Shown here one piece after another: positions 29,936-42,493 of a stretch of DNA of 64,000 nt. The translations under genes and the position numbers were made by a program. Source of the stretch: Octopus vulgaris (taxonomy: Eukaryota); the NCBI GenBank assembly GCA_951406725.2, contig OX597821.1, positions 110,918,001 to 110,982,000 of the forward strand, in the 5' to 3' direction. The notes under the pieces were generated by a model. That model was not told where the DNA came from. It did no database searches and worked only from the letters and a program-made list of their open reading frames with translations. Positions within the stretch are counted from its first letter, which is position 1. Each line of letters begins with the position of its first letter.

Positions 29936-30382
29936 ATCTTTTCTGCTCGGGGCACAAGGCCTGAAGTCTGTAGGGAAGGGGATAGTCGATTACATCGACC
30001 CCAGTGCGCAACTGGTACTTAATTTATCGACTCCGAAAGGATGAAAGGCGAAGTCGACCGTGGCGAAATTTGAACACAGAACGTAGTGGCAGACAAAATA
30101 TCGCTAAGCATTTCGCCCGGCGTGCTAACGTTTCTGCCAGCTCGCCGCCTTAGACAAACGCCTAATAATATGTTGTACCTACAAGGCAGCGAGCTGGCAG
30201 AAACGTTAGCACACCGGGCGAAATGCTTAGCGATATTTCTGAGTTCAAATTCTGCCGAGGTTGACTTTGTCTTTCATCCTTTCGGGGTCGATAAATTAAG
30301 TACCAGTTGTGTACTGGGGTCGATCTAATCGACTGTCCCCCTCCCCAAAAATTTCGGGCCCTGTGCCTAGAGTAGAAAAGAA
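29936..30382. mobile_element. Head-to-head inverted pair of SINE family B copies (tail variant 1)
   Basis: Minus copy 29936-30150 and plus copy 30183-30382. Both have the AGGC(G/A)GCGAGCTGGCAGAAACGTTAGC head, the TTTCATCCTTTCGG core and a GGCC(T/C)TGTGCC tail. Confidence 0.9.
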
Positions 30383-30459
30383 TATACTAAATCTACGCAG
30401 AAATAGCTAAATTAACCCTGTTCGTATATCTACTACTTAGGTTACTCACACACACACAC

Positions 30460-30530
<71 letters not shown>

Positions 30531-30532
<2 letters not shown>

Positions 30533-30701
30533 TAAAACGGTAAGATAACAAAAGAAAGAGAGAGACCTCAATATTATGTAAATAGAGAAAATTTATCTAT
30601 ACAATATGTTACATTACTCGATAGTCAAGATAAAACTCGGATTCCCACTTCGGCATCTGAAACTCAGAGTTTTATCTTGACTATCGAGTAATGTAACATA
30701 T
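30531..30701. mobile_element. Penelope-like terminal fragment with a perfect 35-bp fold-back
   Basis: 30604-30638 is the exact reverse complement of 30667-30701 (28-nt loop). Embedded in (TA)n. Confidence 0.6.
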
Positions 30702-30704
30702 CAT

Positions 30705-30762
<58 letters not shown>

Positions 30763-30767
<5 letters not shown>

Positions 30768-31639
30768 CAGTAGAAATTAGTAACGGCTGAAATTAAGTTT
30801 GTATAACGATAATATGATAAATGATAATATGGAAAACGACAGTTGATACACAGTTGGATGGAAAGTAATCTGTTTGTAAAGGATTGGTTCTTCGTTGACA
30901 GCCATTATGTAAAGATGAAAGAACAAGGATTGAAGTTGTGAGGAAAATATTTATTTACCGTTACATCAAAAATACCTTGCCTCGACGGGCAGATGATAAA
31001 ATCCTAGAGTGTGCGAAGTAAAAAATGTTGATTTCGGCCTGTGTGTTCATGTTGTAGTATTAAACCATAGAGAGAGTATAAACCATAGAGAGAGAGATAT
31101 GGTAATGTGCAGAGAAGACAAAGTGAGTTAGTGAAAGAGTGTGGGAAGTTGGGTCTCACAGCTGCTGACTGTAGATTTCATTTCTCCATTTGACCATTGT
31201 CTTTAGTAGTTGCTTTGCTTTGGATCATGATTCTAGCGTTCTGCTCCCTAACTGATGGTAGCTGTCTCTGACTTGAGTTTGTCATGAACCGACCAACTCA
31301 GTTGTCACCAAGTGACTAACTGATTGAGTCGTCACCAGATGACTAACTGATTCTTGCTGGGGGTTCTTGCTTTTATAACTACCCAGAAGGATTGACATCT
31401 CGTTGAGAACAATAGATTTAGTTGGTGGTCTTGTTATCTTAATTCTAGCTTTTGGTGAAATAGAAGAGGTTAGAAGGGTCAAATGGTGAAGACGTTATTT
31501 TGCTTAGCTAGGGCATCTGGAAAATGTAAAACTGCTGTCACAGAAAAAAAAACATTGTTCCACTGTGAGAAAAGTTCTGTTGAACTGTTAGTTGAAATTT
31601 CGCTATGGGGGATCGAATCCACTTCATACCTGCAAGATC

Positions 31640-31646
<7 letters not shown>
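30763..31646 (-). mobile_element. Probable solo LTR
   Basis: ~880-bp unique block bounded by TGTA...TACA inside microsatellite, with AATAAA on the minus strand near 30950 and short internal duplications. TSD cannot be resolved. Confidence 0.5.
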
Positions 31647-31708
<62 letters not shown>

Positions 31709-31886
31709 TGTATGTGTATATACATATATATATATATATACACACACACACATACATACATACATGCATACATACATACATACATACGTACATACACACA
31801 CATACATACATACATACATAAATACATACATACATACATACATACATACATAAATACATACATACATACATACATACATACATACA

Positions 31887-31918
<32 letters not shown>

Positions 31919-32102
31919 AATATATATATGAGTGAGCAGACACACACGGCGGCAAAATAGGAATGACTTAAGGCGCTGTGAGAATGTGAAGGACAGTCAA
32001 TACGAAATTTTTTCGGTGAAAAGGTCGCGCGGTTTCAAAGCGACGAAAATATTTCGACACAAATTAAATTTAAATGTTGAAGTGAATCTAACGGTTTTTT
32101 TT

Positions 32103-32151
<49 letters not shown>

Positions 32152-32339
32152 CAAGGTCGATATCCATAAAGAAATAATGATTTTACGAAAGTCATGAATT
32201 TGTATTTTCGTTTATGTCAAGAGAAGATCGGACTGTCATAAATTTTAACATGCTCAGATTTGTTTCGCTTCATTTTAATTCTTTCCCTAAACTCGAAACC
32301 AAGTGAGCCAATACTTGCAACCATAGCCCCCAATTAATT

Positions 32340-33390
32340 TCAAGTAATCAATAATCTTTATTATTTCTTTTTCGATGCTACGATTGTATTGATTTGAATA
32401 ATCTATTTTCATCATTACGGTCTTTGAATATTTCATAGCCAGATCAACCTTGCTTCCCTGCCATATTAGAATATTTAATACTAGCAGAATTTCTTCTGTT
32501 ATTCCTGTAATCTTCCAAATTGTCAGGACAATCTAGATTGTTTAGCGTGATATCATCCGTCTATTGTGTTTCAAAAACTCTTCCCTGCAAAACTTACTCC
32601 ATCTTATTTATAATCAATCTTCAACTGAAAAATTAGGGGAGATAGCATTCCTCCTTGAATAACACCAGACTTCACCTTAATAGGTTCACTGACTCCGTGA
32701 CCTAACCTAAGACCTCTTCATGCATGTTAGAAGTTCGGGCAACACGTTGAGCAAAACACTTCATTTCATGTTGCCCCTCTCTACTCAGCTGGAAATGGGT
32801 CACCTTTCAACGGACTAGTCTTCCAATCTGGCGGGATGCTGGCCTGCTCGCCGAGCTAGTGGGGTGTATCAATCGAAAGCTAAAACAATACATAGCGCAA
32901 TATGACCAGTGATGTAGAACAACATCCGACAATCTGGTCGATACCGTGATATCGTGAATACATTCTTAGTACCTTACTACACATTTGATCATTAACATGG
33001 CTTTCCGCTGTTAGATTTTCCTCTTAGATCACGACTTCTCCTTACAGGCGATCTATCGTAAACAACACGCTTTCTTCCAATGACGTCAGTGAACAATCAG
33101 ACAACGGTGCTTCGGGTTGAATAAGCCACCTCAGTGATAAACATCACCCGATCATTTGGAAGATGATGGGAACAATTATTCCGAGCAATAGAAATCAGCC
33201 AGCAATACATTAACAGATATGTTTTCTAAGCCTTACCAAGTTGATATTGAATCATTATAGGCACGTTCAACTAAATCAGTCTGTAATGATTTAATCAACA
33301 CAATCTTTTTACTTCTGAAATTGGTTTCCTTCTCTTTCAGAACCTTTTCAACACTGAGTTTCTTTCAGCTAAAAATTACTTCGTAGAACA
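32340..33390 (-). pseudogene. Ancient LINE RT remnant interrupted by a SINE-like insert (~32720-32950)
   Basis: Reverse translation SEPIKVKSGVIQGGMLSP followed by a degenerate (Y)TDDI. Many stops. Confidence 0.55.
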
Positions 33391-33399
33391 GAAGATATA

Positions 33400-34246
33400 C
33401 GAGAAGGTGCTGAAAAGTTCCTGGCTTTGGGTAAAAGAAAACACAGGAAGATCGGTTAATCATGCTTTTATGTATCATGAAGGCGGCGAGTCGGCAGAAA
33501 CGTTACGTTAGCGCGCCGAGCGAAATGCGTAGCGGTATTTCGTCTGCCGTTACGTTCTGAGTTCAAATTCTGCCGAGGTCGACTTTGCCTTTCATCCTTT
33601 CGGGGTCGATAAATTAAGTACCAGTTACGCACTGGGGTCGATGTAATCGACTTAATACCTATGTCTGTCCTTGTTTGTCCCCTCTGTGTTTAGCCCCTTG
33701 TGGGTAATAAAGAAATAGGTATTTCGTCTGTCGTTACGTTGTGAGTTCAAATTCCGCCGAGGTCGACTTTGCCTTTCATCCTTTTGGGGTCGATAAATTA
33801 AGCACCAGTGACGCACTGGGGTCGATGTAATCGACTTAATACCTATGTCTGTCCTTGTTTGTCCCCTCTATGTTTAGCCCCTTGTGGGTAATAAAGAAAT
33901 AGAAATAGGTATTTCGTCTGTCGTTACGCTCTGAGTTCAAATTCCGCCGAGGTCGACTTTGCCTTTCATCCTTTCGGGTCGATAAATAAAGTACCAGTTT
34001 CGCACTGGGGTCGATGTAATCGACTTAATCCCTTTGGCTGTCCTAGTTTGTTCCCTCTATGTTTAGCCCCTTGTGGACAGTAAAAGAAATATATGCTTTT
34101 ATGTATCATATTCCCCTCTTAGATTCACACGATTATTGCAGTAATCCTTCAGTTTTTGTAAACCCTTTAAAAGAACTCAAAAGGTTGGGTCTCCAATCAG
34201 GTCTTTTCGGATACCCTTAAAACCAGGACTTTTTCAGCACCCCTAC
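33400..34246. mobile_element. Mariner-type MITE hosting the SINE trimer
   Basis: TIRs CGAGAAGGTGCTGAAAAGTTCCTGG / CCAGGACTTTTTCAGCACCCC. Uninterrupted relatives at 34726-34941 and ~53873-54055. Confidence 0.8.
33479..34092 (+). mobile_element. SINE family B head-to-tail trimer (tail variant 2)
   Basis: One head plus three bodies, each starting GGTATTTCGTCTG (33534, 33718, 33908). 17-bp TSD ATGCTTTTATGTATCAT at 33462-33478 and 34093-34109. Confidence 0.92.
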
Positions 34247-34269
34247 TAATATATTTGTTTCTTGTCTCT

Positions 34270-34471
34270 CTTTTATTTGTTTCAGTCATTTGACAGCGGC
34301 CATGCTGGATCGCCGCCTTTAGTCGAGCAAATCGACCACAGAACTTATTCTTTGTAAACCTAGTACTTATTATATGGGTATCTTTTTGCCGAACCACTAA
34401 GTTACGGGGACGTAAACACACCAGCATCTGTTGTCAAGCGATGGTGAGGGGACAAACACACACAAACATAT

Positions 34472-34542
<71 letters not shown>

Positions 34543-34704
34543 ACGGGCTTCTTTCAGTTTCTGTCTACCAAATCCACTCACAAGGTTTTGGTCGGCCCGA
34601 GTCTATAGTAGAAGACACTTGTCCAAGGGGCCACGCAGTGGGACTGAACCCAGAACCATGTGGTTAGTAAGCAAGCCACTTACCACACATCCACTCCTGC
34701 ACCT
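34270..34704 (-). mobile_element. SINE family A, full length
   Basis: Matches the 18786-19195 copy along its length. Confidence 0.9.
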
Positions 34705-34725
34705 ATATATATATATACACACACA

Positions 34726-34941
34726 CGAGAGATGTTGAAAAGTTCCTGACCTTGAGTAAAAGAAAATACAGGAGGATCAGTTAATTATGATTTTATTCAA
34801 CATATTCCTCACTCAAATTCGCACATTTATTGCAGTTGCCCTTCATTGTTTTCTAAACCCTGTAAAAGAACTCGGAAGGTTGGGTCTCCAACCCTGCCTT
34901 TCGCAACACCCTTAAAGCCGGGAAGTTTTCACCGCCCCTTG
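34726..34941. mobile_element. Mariner-type MITE (same family as 33400-34246)
   Basis: CGAGAGATGTTGAAAAGTTCCTG start, shared GAAGGTTGGGTCTCCAA and degenerate right TIR. Confidence 0.75.
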
Positions 34942-35164
34942 CAGAAAACAAACTGAACATACTGTATTTAAAAGCAGCGACAGCGCACCTCATTAAAGAT
35001 GTAAATGCTTAGCGATAGACCGACACAGGCAGCGTCCGTCAATTCACGAAGTCTAAGATAATTAAACTAAACTGAAACGATGTCAGCTATAATCTAGATT
35101 CTAAGGTTTGGTTTAGAGAAAATGAGAATTATCGAAAATGTAACGTAAAAGCCAAAGTGTATAG

Positions 35165-35570
35165 ACGCACGCGTAGCTGTGTGGTTAAGAAGCTCACTTT
35201 GCGACCATGTGGTTGCGGGTTCGAAACCATTACACAGCACCTTAGGCAAGTGTTTTCTACTATAACCTCAGGTTGTTCAGTACCTTTTGTTTTGCTTTTT
35301 TATGAATTTGGTAGAAGGAGACTGTGAAGAAGCCCGTCATGTGTGTGTGTGTGTTTGTCTTCGTGTTTGTGTTTATCCTCCACCACCGTTTGACAACCAG
35401 TGTTGGTTTGTTTAGATCCCTGTAACTTAGCGGTGCGACATAAGCGACCGATAGGATATGGGTCAGACTTCAACAGAAATAGAATTTGCTCTATGGTCGA
35501 TCTGCTCGACTAAAACCCTTCAAGCTCCAGCGTGACCGCAATCCAATGAGTGAAATAAGTAATCAATAAA
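35165..35570 (+). mobile_element. SINE family A, diverged
   Basis: GCTGTGTGGTTAAGAAGC head, internal (TG)n, TTGACAACCAGTGTTGG and tail. Confidence 0.8.
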
Positions 35571-35961
35571 ATACGTTAGTTAATGTGGATATTTATTGTT
35601 CTACAGTCACTGACGAACAAGAAAGAGGGAAAAAGTGGTGGGGCCGATGTACAACAGAGGTCGATAAATATTCGAGGGATTCTACAGGAAGTGGTAAAAG
35701 AAACATTTGCAAGCAGCGGAAGTCATACGTAGATTACAAATGAATCATGGGATATGCATGATGTGTATAATATGAAGGATATAGGACTGGAAGATAGCAC
35801 GAGTTAAATGTAAGATGGGAACTGCACGCATATTGCATGAAAGTACTGTCTGACTACTGAGGTCCTTGTTGAGACTTGACGGACATTACAAACTCCCGGT
35901 AGACACAATATCTTCAATCAACGACATCACCATTTTGGATGCTGTGCAACATCTTAAATAT

Positions 35962-35992
<31 letters not shown>

Positions 35993-36074
35993 AAGAAGAA
36001 GAAGAAGAAGAAGAAGAAAAAGAAGAAAAGGAAGAAGAAGAAGAAGATCAACAACAACAACAACAACACTAATG

Positions 36075-36765
36075 GTAGAAAAAAGAAAGGTCTAAGTATA
36101 GTTTTGATCGATTATCGAAAGGCTTTTGATAGTATTCCCCACACATGGATCCTAGAAACACTAGCCAAGAAGAAGGTAGCACCCATACTCATAAAATATA
36201 TATAACATTCCATGAATAAATGGTAGACAGTGCTACAGTTCGAGACAAAAAAGAGGGGCTCATAAAAACCAAAGCTATCCCCATTAGAAGAGGAATATTC
36301 CATGGAGACACGCTCTCTCCACTCTTTTTTCTGCTTGGCACTGACACTTTTATCTGACATGCTAAACAGAACTGGATGTGGATACAACTGATATGGCAAA
36401 ACAATCAACTATTTCTTGTCTATGGTTGATTTATAACTGTATGTTGCAAATGATAAACAGCTGGAAACATTACTACAGACAGTAGTAATATGAAATTTGG
36501 CTTTGAAAAATGTGTCAAAGCAACATTGAAAAGAGGAAAAACTAGTAAAGAGTATCAACATCACACTAGATAAAGCTAATGAAATAAAAGAATTAGACCT
36601 AAGCCAGACATACAAATACATAGGAGACAATCAATTAGATGCGATACAACACACACAAATGAAAGAGAAGATAGGAAAAGAATACTATAGACGAGTTAGG
36701 TTAATACTGAAAGTAGAGCTCAATGCGAAAAACAAAATAATAGGTATCAACACTTTAGCCGTCCC
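36075..36765 (+). pseudogene. R4/Dong-clade LINE reverse transcriptase fragment
   Basis: IDYRKAFDSIPHTWI, IRRGIFHGDTLSPLFF, MKFGFEKC, YKYIG and KEYYRRVRLILKVELNAKNKIIGINTLAVP, with stops and frameshifts. Confidence 0.85.
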
Positions 36766-37175
36766 TAGGCACAAGGCCTGAAATTTTGGGAAAGGGGACT
36801 AGTCGAATACATCGATCCCAGTGCGTAACTGGTGCTTATTTCATCGACCCCGAAAGGATGACAGGCAAAGTCGACTTGTAGAATTTGATATGAGAGCATA
36901 AAGAGCAGTTTGTTCGATGCACTAGCGACTTTACTAATTCGCTATCTTAGATGGTTTCAAATTTTGATTCAATGCCTTCAGCTCTAAAAGAAGGTGGCAA
37001 GTCGATCACGTCGACCCCCTAGCAATTCGCTGGTAAGTATTTTATCGACTCCCAAAGGATGAAAGGCAAAGTCGACCTCGTCGTGATTTGAACTCAAGAA
37101 AGACGTAATGAGTCGGACAAAATGCTGCTAAGCATTTTGTCCGACGCACTAAAGATTCTGCCATCTCGCCGCCTA
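36766..37175 (-). mobile_element. Two SINE family B copies
   Basis: AAAGGATGA(A/C)AGGCAAAGTCGAC core occurs twice. Head reverse complement TCTGCCATCTCGCCGCCT at ~37157-37174. Confidence 0.8.
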
Positions 37176-37299
37176 CCCCATAAAAATATAGCTTATAACC
37201 TTTATGTAATATAACCGTATAACCTTATATAATATAATCTTATAAAAATATAGCTTATAACCTGTAATGAAGTTCCTTAATTCTCAACTCCATCTCTAC

Positions 37300-37637
37300 C
37301 ACTCTCGAATTGCTGCCAATTCCTCTCTCCTTTGTTGAGAATTGTGGGATTGCATCTAGAAAGTTCCCCTCCGGGACGCAAGTCGTGTTGCTTTATGGAA
37401 GACCAGCAGTCACCCATGAATACCAGCCTCCCCGATGTTATTCAAGGGAAAAGCAAAGGCAATATAATCTTATATAAGATTATAAGACGTCGCAACTCAT
37501 TTCTACAGGTTAGTGAACTGGAGCAACGTGAAATAAAGTGTCTTGCTCAAGAACACAACACAGAACCCCGGTCCGGAAATCGAACTCACTACCGCATGAT
37601 TGTAAGACCGACGCTCTAACCACTGAGCCACACGCCT
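37300..37637 (-). mobile_element. tRNA-derived SINE (third family), decayed
   Basis: Reverse strand GGCGTGTGGCTCAGTGGTTAGAG...GTGAGTTCGATT head, then TTGAGCAAGACACTTTATTTCACGTTGCTCCAG. Confidence 0.7.
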
Positions 37638-37999
37638 GCTATCCTAAACAGACATTGCGGCTGACTTGCCTGACAGTACGGCGCGATATCTCGTATCTCC
37701 AATTAAAATAGTTAGATAGGAGGAGCATCGTAACTTTATGTTTTCACTGCGTTACTAATTTAATAAGCTTTCAATGAAGTACCATGTAAAGTAAGGGCTG
37801 TGGGTATTGGGATTGAGCGTCCCTGTAGCCAAATTGACCCGCCCCTTCCTTAAACGTAACATGCCCTCAGCATATGTTTCACCACCATATGCGGTGCTTT
37901 CGCCCCGCACAAACTCGTTACGTCACTATTGGTGTTAACATATTTATTACAGGGTGTACAACAAGATTGTTGTTGTTTTCGTTGTTGCTGCTGCCGTCG

Positions 38000-38043
<44 letters not shown>

Positions 38044-38173
38044 TCTCGTTGTTGCAGTTGATGCTGTTCCATGCTGTTTATGCCGTATTACATGTAACAT
38101 GTTCTGTGCAGGTTTTGTGTGTGATCCGTAATCGCTAAAGAAGTGTAAATGTGTGAGAGCTAATGTATGCCCC

Positions 38174-38208
<35 letters not shown>

Positions 38209-38328
38209 TGAAATACACGTGTACACCCACAAACACACATAAACATACACACACACACACACACATTACTTTATTCATGTTTATTTTTGTTTTTTGGGAC
38301 TGATGTTTAAGTCTGTGTATGCTATGTA

Positions 38329-38371
<43 letters not shown>

Positions 38372-38520
38372 TCACACAAACATATGTGCATGTGTATGTG
38401 TGTTCATACACATATATATGTGGGCAGGTATGTATGTATACATAAATACATATGCATATATATATACATCCATACATACATAATATGTGTGTGTCTTATT
38501 TGCATCTGTATGTTTGTGTG

Positions 38521-38558
<38 letters not shown>

Positions 38559-38833
38559 CAGATGCTTAACCTTCATAGCTCTTTTAAACATACACGTCCA
38601 AACATACACACTTAACAGAAGCCACGTATCTACTCCCACAATTACACCCTCATATCAAATACTCAGCTACACACGCAAAACATCTACAATTCCTCGAGCG
38701 AAATTTCCCAAACACCCACGCACGCACGCACACACACACACACAGATATAAACACATACTCACTCAAACACACACACACTTGAACACACACACACTTAAA
38801 CACACACACACACTCAAACACACACACACTTAA

Positions 38834-38864
<31 letters not shown>

Positions 38865-38957
38865 CATGCATGAATGCAAATACACACGTATTTATCTTGT
38901 AAGCTCTCCCTTAAAATTAATTCCTACACACACACACACTTACTCAGAATCAAAGAT

Positions 38958-39009
<52 letters not shown>

Positions 39010-39840
39010 GTAAAGAAGCATCAGATACATCTCTAACTCCTCCGCACCATCTCGTATATTAAACGGAAACAACAAATTGATTTGCAAAACGTCACACGGA
39101 GCAAAAAACAAAGTATTTGGGATTAGCTGCAATATCTAATACAGCGACCCTTCAATTTATTTAAAAGCATACACGGGTTTCTGCTCAACTTTACATATAA
39201 TTCCAATCACATATTGCAATCAATGTGCATTCAAGCGTCATTTTATATTTATATTATAATCAATATCCATTCATGCGTGATTTTGTGTGCATTAATGATG
39301 CAGATTGGATTATATTTTGTGCAGTTCCATAGTCTTAGATCCAGCAGCACAGCTTGTGAGTAAAGGGCGAAGGTGAGGGATTGGTCCGCCCCGAACAACG
39401 CTTTCGCGGGGGTGGCATCTCAGGGTTTGCTGTATAAGTTTGTGTAGGCTTATTGGCCCGAGGATCGACACACTCTATCAACGTCGCTACCAAGATCCTA
39501 GGTCCCGATTTCTGAACCCTAATATTATTATTCCCGCGTCCAGCTAAGCAACAGTGTCATAAAATTCTCAACTCCGGCATAACTACAGATACATGCCCCG
39601 CCCCACCATCATCGACTGTGTTTTCGAAAAATGCATATCTTTTTTATTAATCTTTTCTACAAATTTTCTACAAGTGTGACAGTGCGTATGGCTGTGTGGT
39701 AAGAAACATTCTTTCCAACCACATGATTCTAGGTTCAGTCCCATTGCGTGGTTCATGGACCAAGTTTCTTCTGTTCTAGCCTCGGGCCGACCAAAGCCTT
39801 TTGAATGGAATTGGAAGACGGCAACTGAAAGATGCTCTTC

Positions 39841-39887
<47 letters not shown>

Positions 39888-39889
<2 letters not shown>

Positions 39890-40068
39890 AGAGTTTACGA
39901 AAAAACAAAAGACGAAGACAGGTGGTGTACAAAACAAACAGATGTATTAGTATAACGCTCAGGAATAGAAAAAGTCTCTTACGTTTCGAGCCTACGCTCT
40001 TCTACAGAAAGGGACACAGAAAAAACAAGGAGAGAAAAAAATGTGTGTAGTGGCTAACGATCTATCAT

Positions 40069-40071
<3 letters not shown>
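39888..40071 (-). mobile_element. Penelope-like terminal fragment containing a hammerhead motif (39976-40011)
   Basis: Near-identical inverted copy of 43140-43337, inserted in (TA)n. Confidence 0.75.
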
Positions 40072-40117
<46 letters not shown>

Positions 40118-40641
40118 TAAGCACTTTACCCGGTGTGCTAACAATTTTGCCAGTTCATTGCCTTAACGTAGCTAAATAATACCTTGTGGTATTTTGTCCA
40201 CCAATATTTCGATTCTGCCAATCATTTACTCTAAGTAACACTCAAATATATCAACTCCTTCACATTGTTTATGCATTTACTGATTCATTCCGACATTGGT
40301 GCATCCATCGATCGATGTTACTATAATATATTTAAACGAGATTCAAAACCGTCAGCAGGCGCTTTTGATGAGATTTTTATAATTAAATGCCTCCACAAGC
40401 TCTGCACAACAACGGACTATCGATAATGCATTATGAACGAACTATTATTGACTTTACATTTTACAGTTGCTGTCGTTTTTATTTTGACTCAAATAGCACC
40501 TGACGAAAAGAAATTTTGTTCGACGCGCTATTTTTGAGGAGGTTTTGTAATCAAATGTCTTCACTGGTTCTGCCTTGACTACGTACAATAACGGAATGTC
40601 GATAGCCCAGTGCGAACAAACTATTGACTTCTATTCATTGT

Positions 40642-40676
<35 letters not shown>

Positions 40677-40678
40677 AG

Positions 40679-41025
40679 CGTAGCGGTCTTCGTCCCAGAG
40701 CTCGCAAGATCGCGCCTCTGTAGTGGGAGAAGTCCGAAACGTGGTCCTTTGCTATTCGTAAGACCCGCAGAAGAGAAAGCAGGTCAACCCCCGACACTGA
40801 GAGCATCGACGGATGGATGAATGCGCATCCAGGCTCAGGAAGAAATAGTGAGAGAAAGTTGGGGCGAAAGAGTACAACAGGGGTCGCCACTACCCCTTGC
40901 CGGAGCCTCATAGAGCTTTAGGTGTTTTCGCTCAATAAGCACACACAACGCCCGGTCTGGGAATCGAAACCGTGATCCTCCGACCGCGAGTTCGCTGCCC
41001 TAACCATTGGACCATTGCGCCTCCA
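40679..41025 (-). mobile_element. tRNA-derived SINE (fourth family)
   Basis: Reverse strand GTGGAGGCGCAATGGTCCAATGGTTAGG...GGTTTCGATTCCC (A/B boxes), flanked by TGTTGTTGCTGCTG-like repeats. Confidence 0.75.
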
Positions 41026-41191
41026 CTGTTGTTGCTGCTGGTGTTTTGCTGGTTTTGTTATTAATATTTAGGCTCAAATCGCCCCTGACGAAAAGCCAGT
41101 CTCTCAGCTGCGCCGTGTTCATAAGGCTTTTCTAATCAAATGCAAATAGAGTGGTCTGTACCACAGTATGAACAAACTCTTGTCTTCTCAT

Positions 41192-41232
<41 letters not shown>

Positions 41233-41407
41233 GATGATGATGATGCTTGAAAAACTCATAATTAAACGTCATCGGGAAAAAACCGCAATTAGGAAACCAC
41301 AAACGCTGAAGTCATTTGGAACATGAAAGAGATATTTTAACACTGTCAACACGACAGAATGGTAAGTGTAAAAAAAGAAATAAACAAACAAAAAAAAGGC
41401 AGAAATG

Positions 41408-41410
41408 GAA

Positions 41411-41469
<59 letters not shown>

Positions 41470-41491
41470 CGACGATGACGATGATGACGAC

Positions 41492-41535
<44 letters not shown>

Positions 41536-41536
41536 C

Positions 41537-41610
<74 letters not shown>

Positions 41611-41620
41611 CGACGATGAC

Positions 41621-41667
<47 letters not shown>

Positions 41668-41689
41668 CGACGATGACGACGATGACGAC

Positions 41690-41748
<59 letters not shown>

Positions 41749-41770
41749 CGACGATGATGATGATGATGAC

Positions 41771-41832
<62 letters not shown>

Positions 41833-41900
41833 CGACGACGACGACGACGACGATGACGACGATGATGATAATGATGATGATGATAACGATGATGATGATG
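41408..41900 (+). repeat. (GAT/GAC)n microsatellite, ~490 bp
   Basis: Seen directly. Source of the poly-D, poly-M, poly-S and poly-I ORFs. Confidence 0.97.
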
Positions 41901-41901
41901 G

Positions 41902-42152
41902 CATCATCATCATCATTGTTCGACCGTGGTCGAGACAATGGAATTTACCATGCTACGCCAGACTTCACGGTCCATCATGGCATTACGGAGGTCCTGTTGC
42001 TGGATGCCTGTATCCCTGGAGATTACATCAGGGTAGGAGAGTGTGCGCCCTCTGGTATTGCGAGTAGATGGCTTCAAGAGGAGAAGAGTAGAAATTACCT
42101 CTTTTTCAGCTCTACAACAATGTCCAGCAAACTGGACTCTCTTACCTTTCAC
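41902..42152 (-). mobile_element. RTE-clade LINE 3' end with (TGA)n tail
   Basis: RVQFAGHCCRAEKEVISTLLL...RGRTLSYPDVISRDTG...AMMDREVWR, with the stop running into (TGA)n. Confidence 0.8.
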
Positions 42153-42426
42153 AATGATGATGATGATGATGATGATGATGGACGAAAAGACATTTTGTTC
42201 GATGCGCTCCACCTTCATCATTGAGTTCTACAAATGTTTTCCATGCCGTATCACGTTGAATAAACAGTAAAATCCCTTTATTAATCTCATTTCTCCTTAA
42301 ACAAATAATTAAACAAATGATTTTTTTCAAATATTGGAAATTAATCAGAGCAACAATCCGTATTCTGATATGGAAATGTTTTCGTTCTACATGACTGAAG
42401 AATAATAAACGAGCGATAGTAAGCGA

Positions 42427-42493
<67 letters not shown>

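Noticed and set aside
40930-41025. tRNA gene
   Set aside because: It is the tRNA-like head of a SINE and continues into SINE body. The same applies to the other SINE heads.
41269-42224. Poly-Asp, poly-Met and poly-Ser proteins (e.g. acidic biomineralisation-like)
   Set aside because: This is a (GAT)n microsatellite running into an antisense RTE fragment, with no signal peptide or splice evidence.
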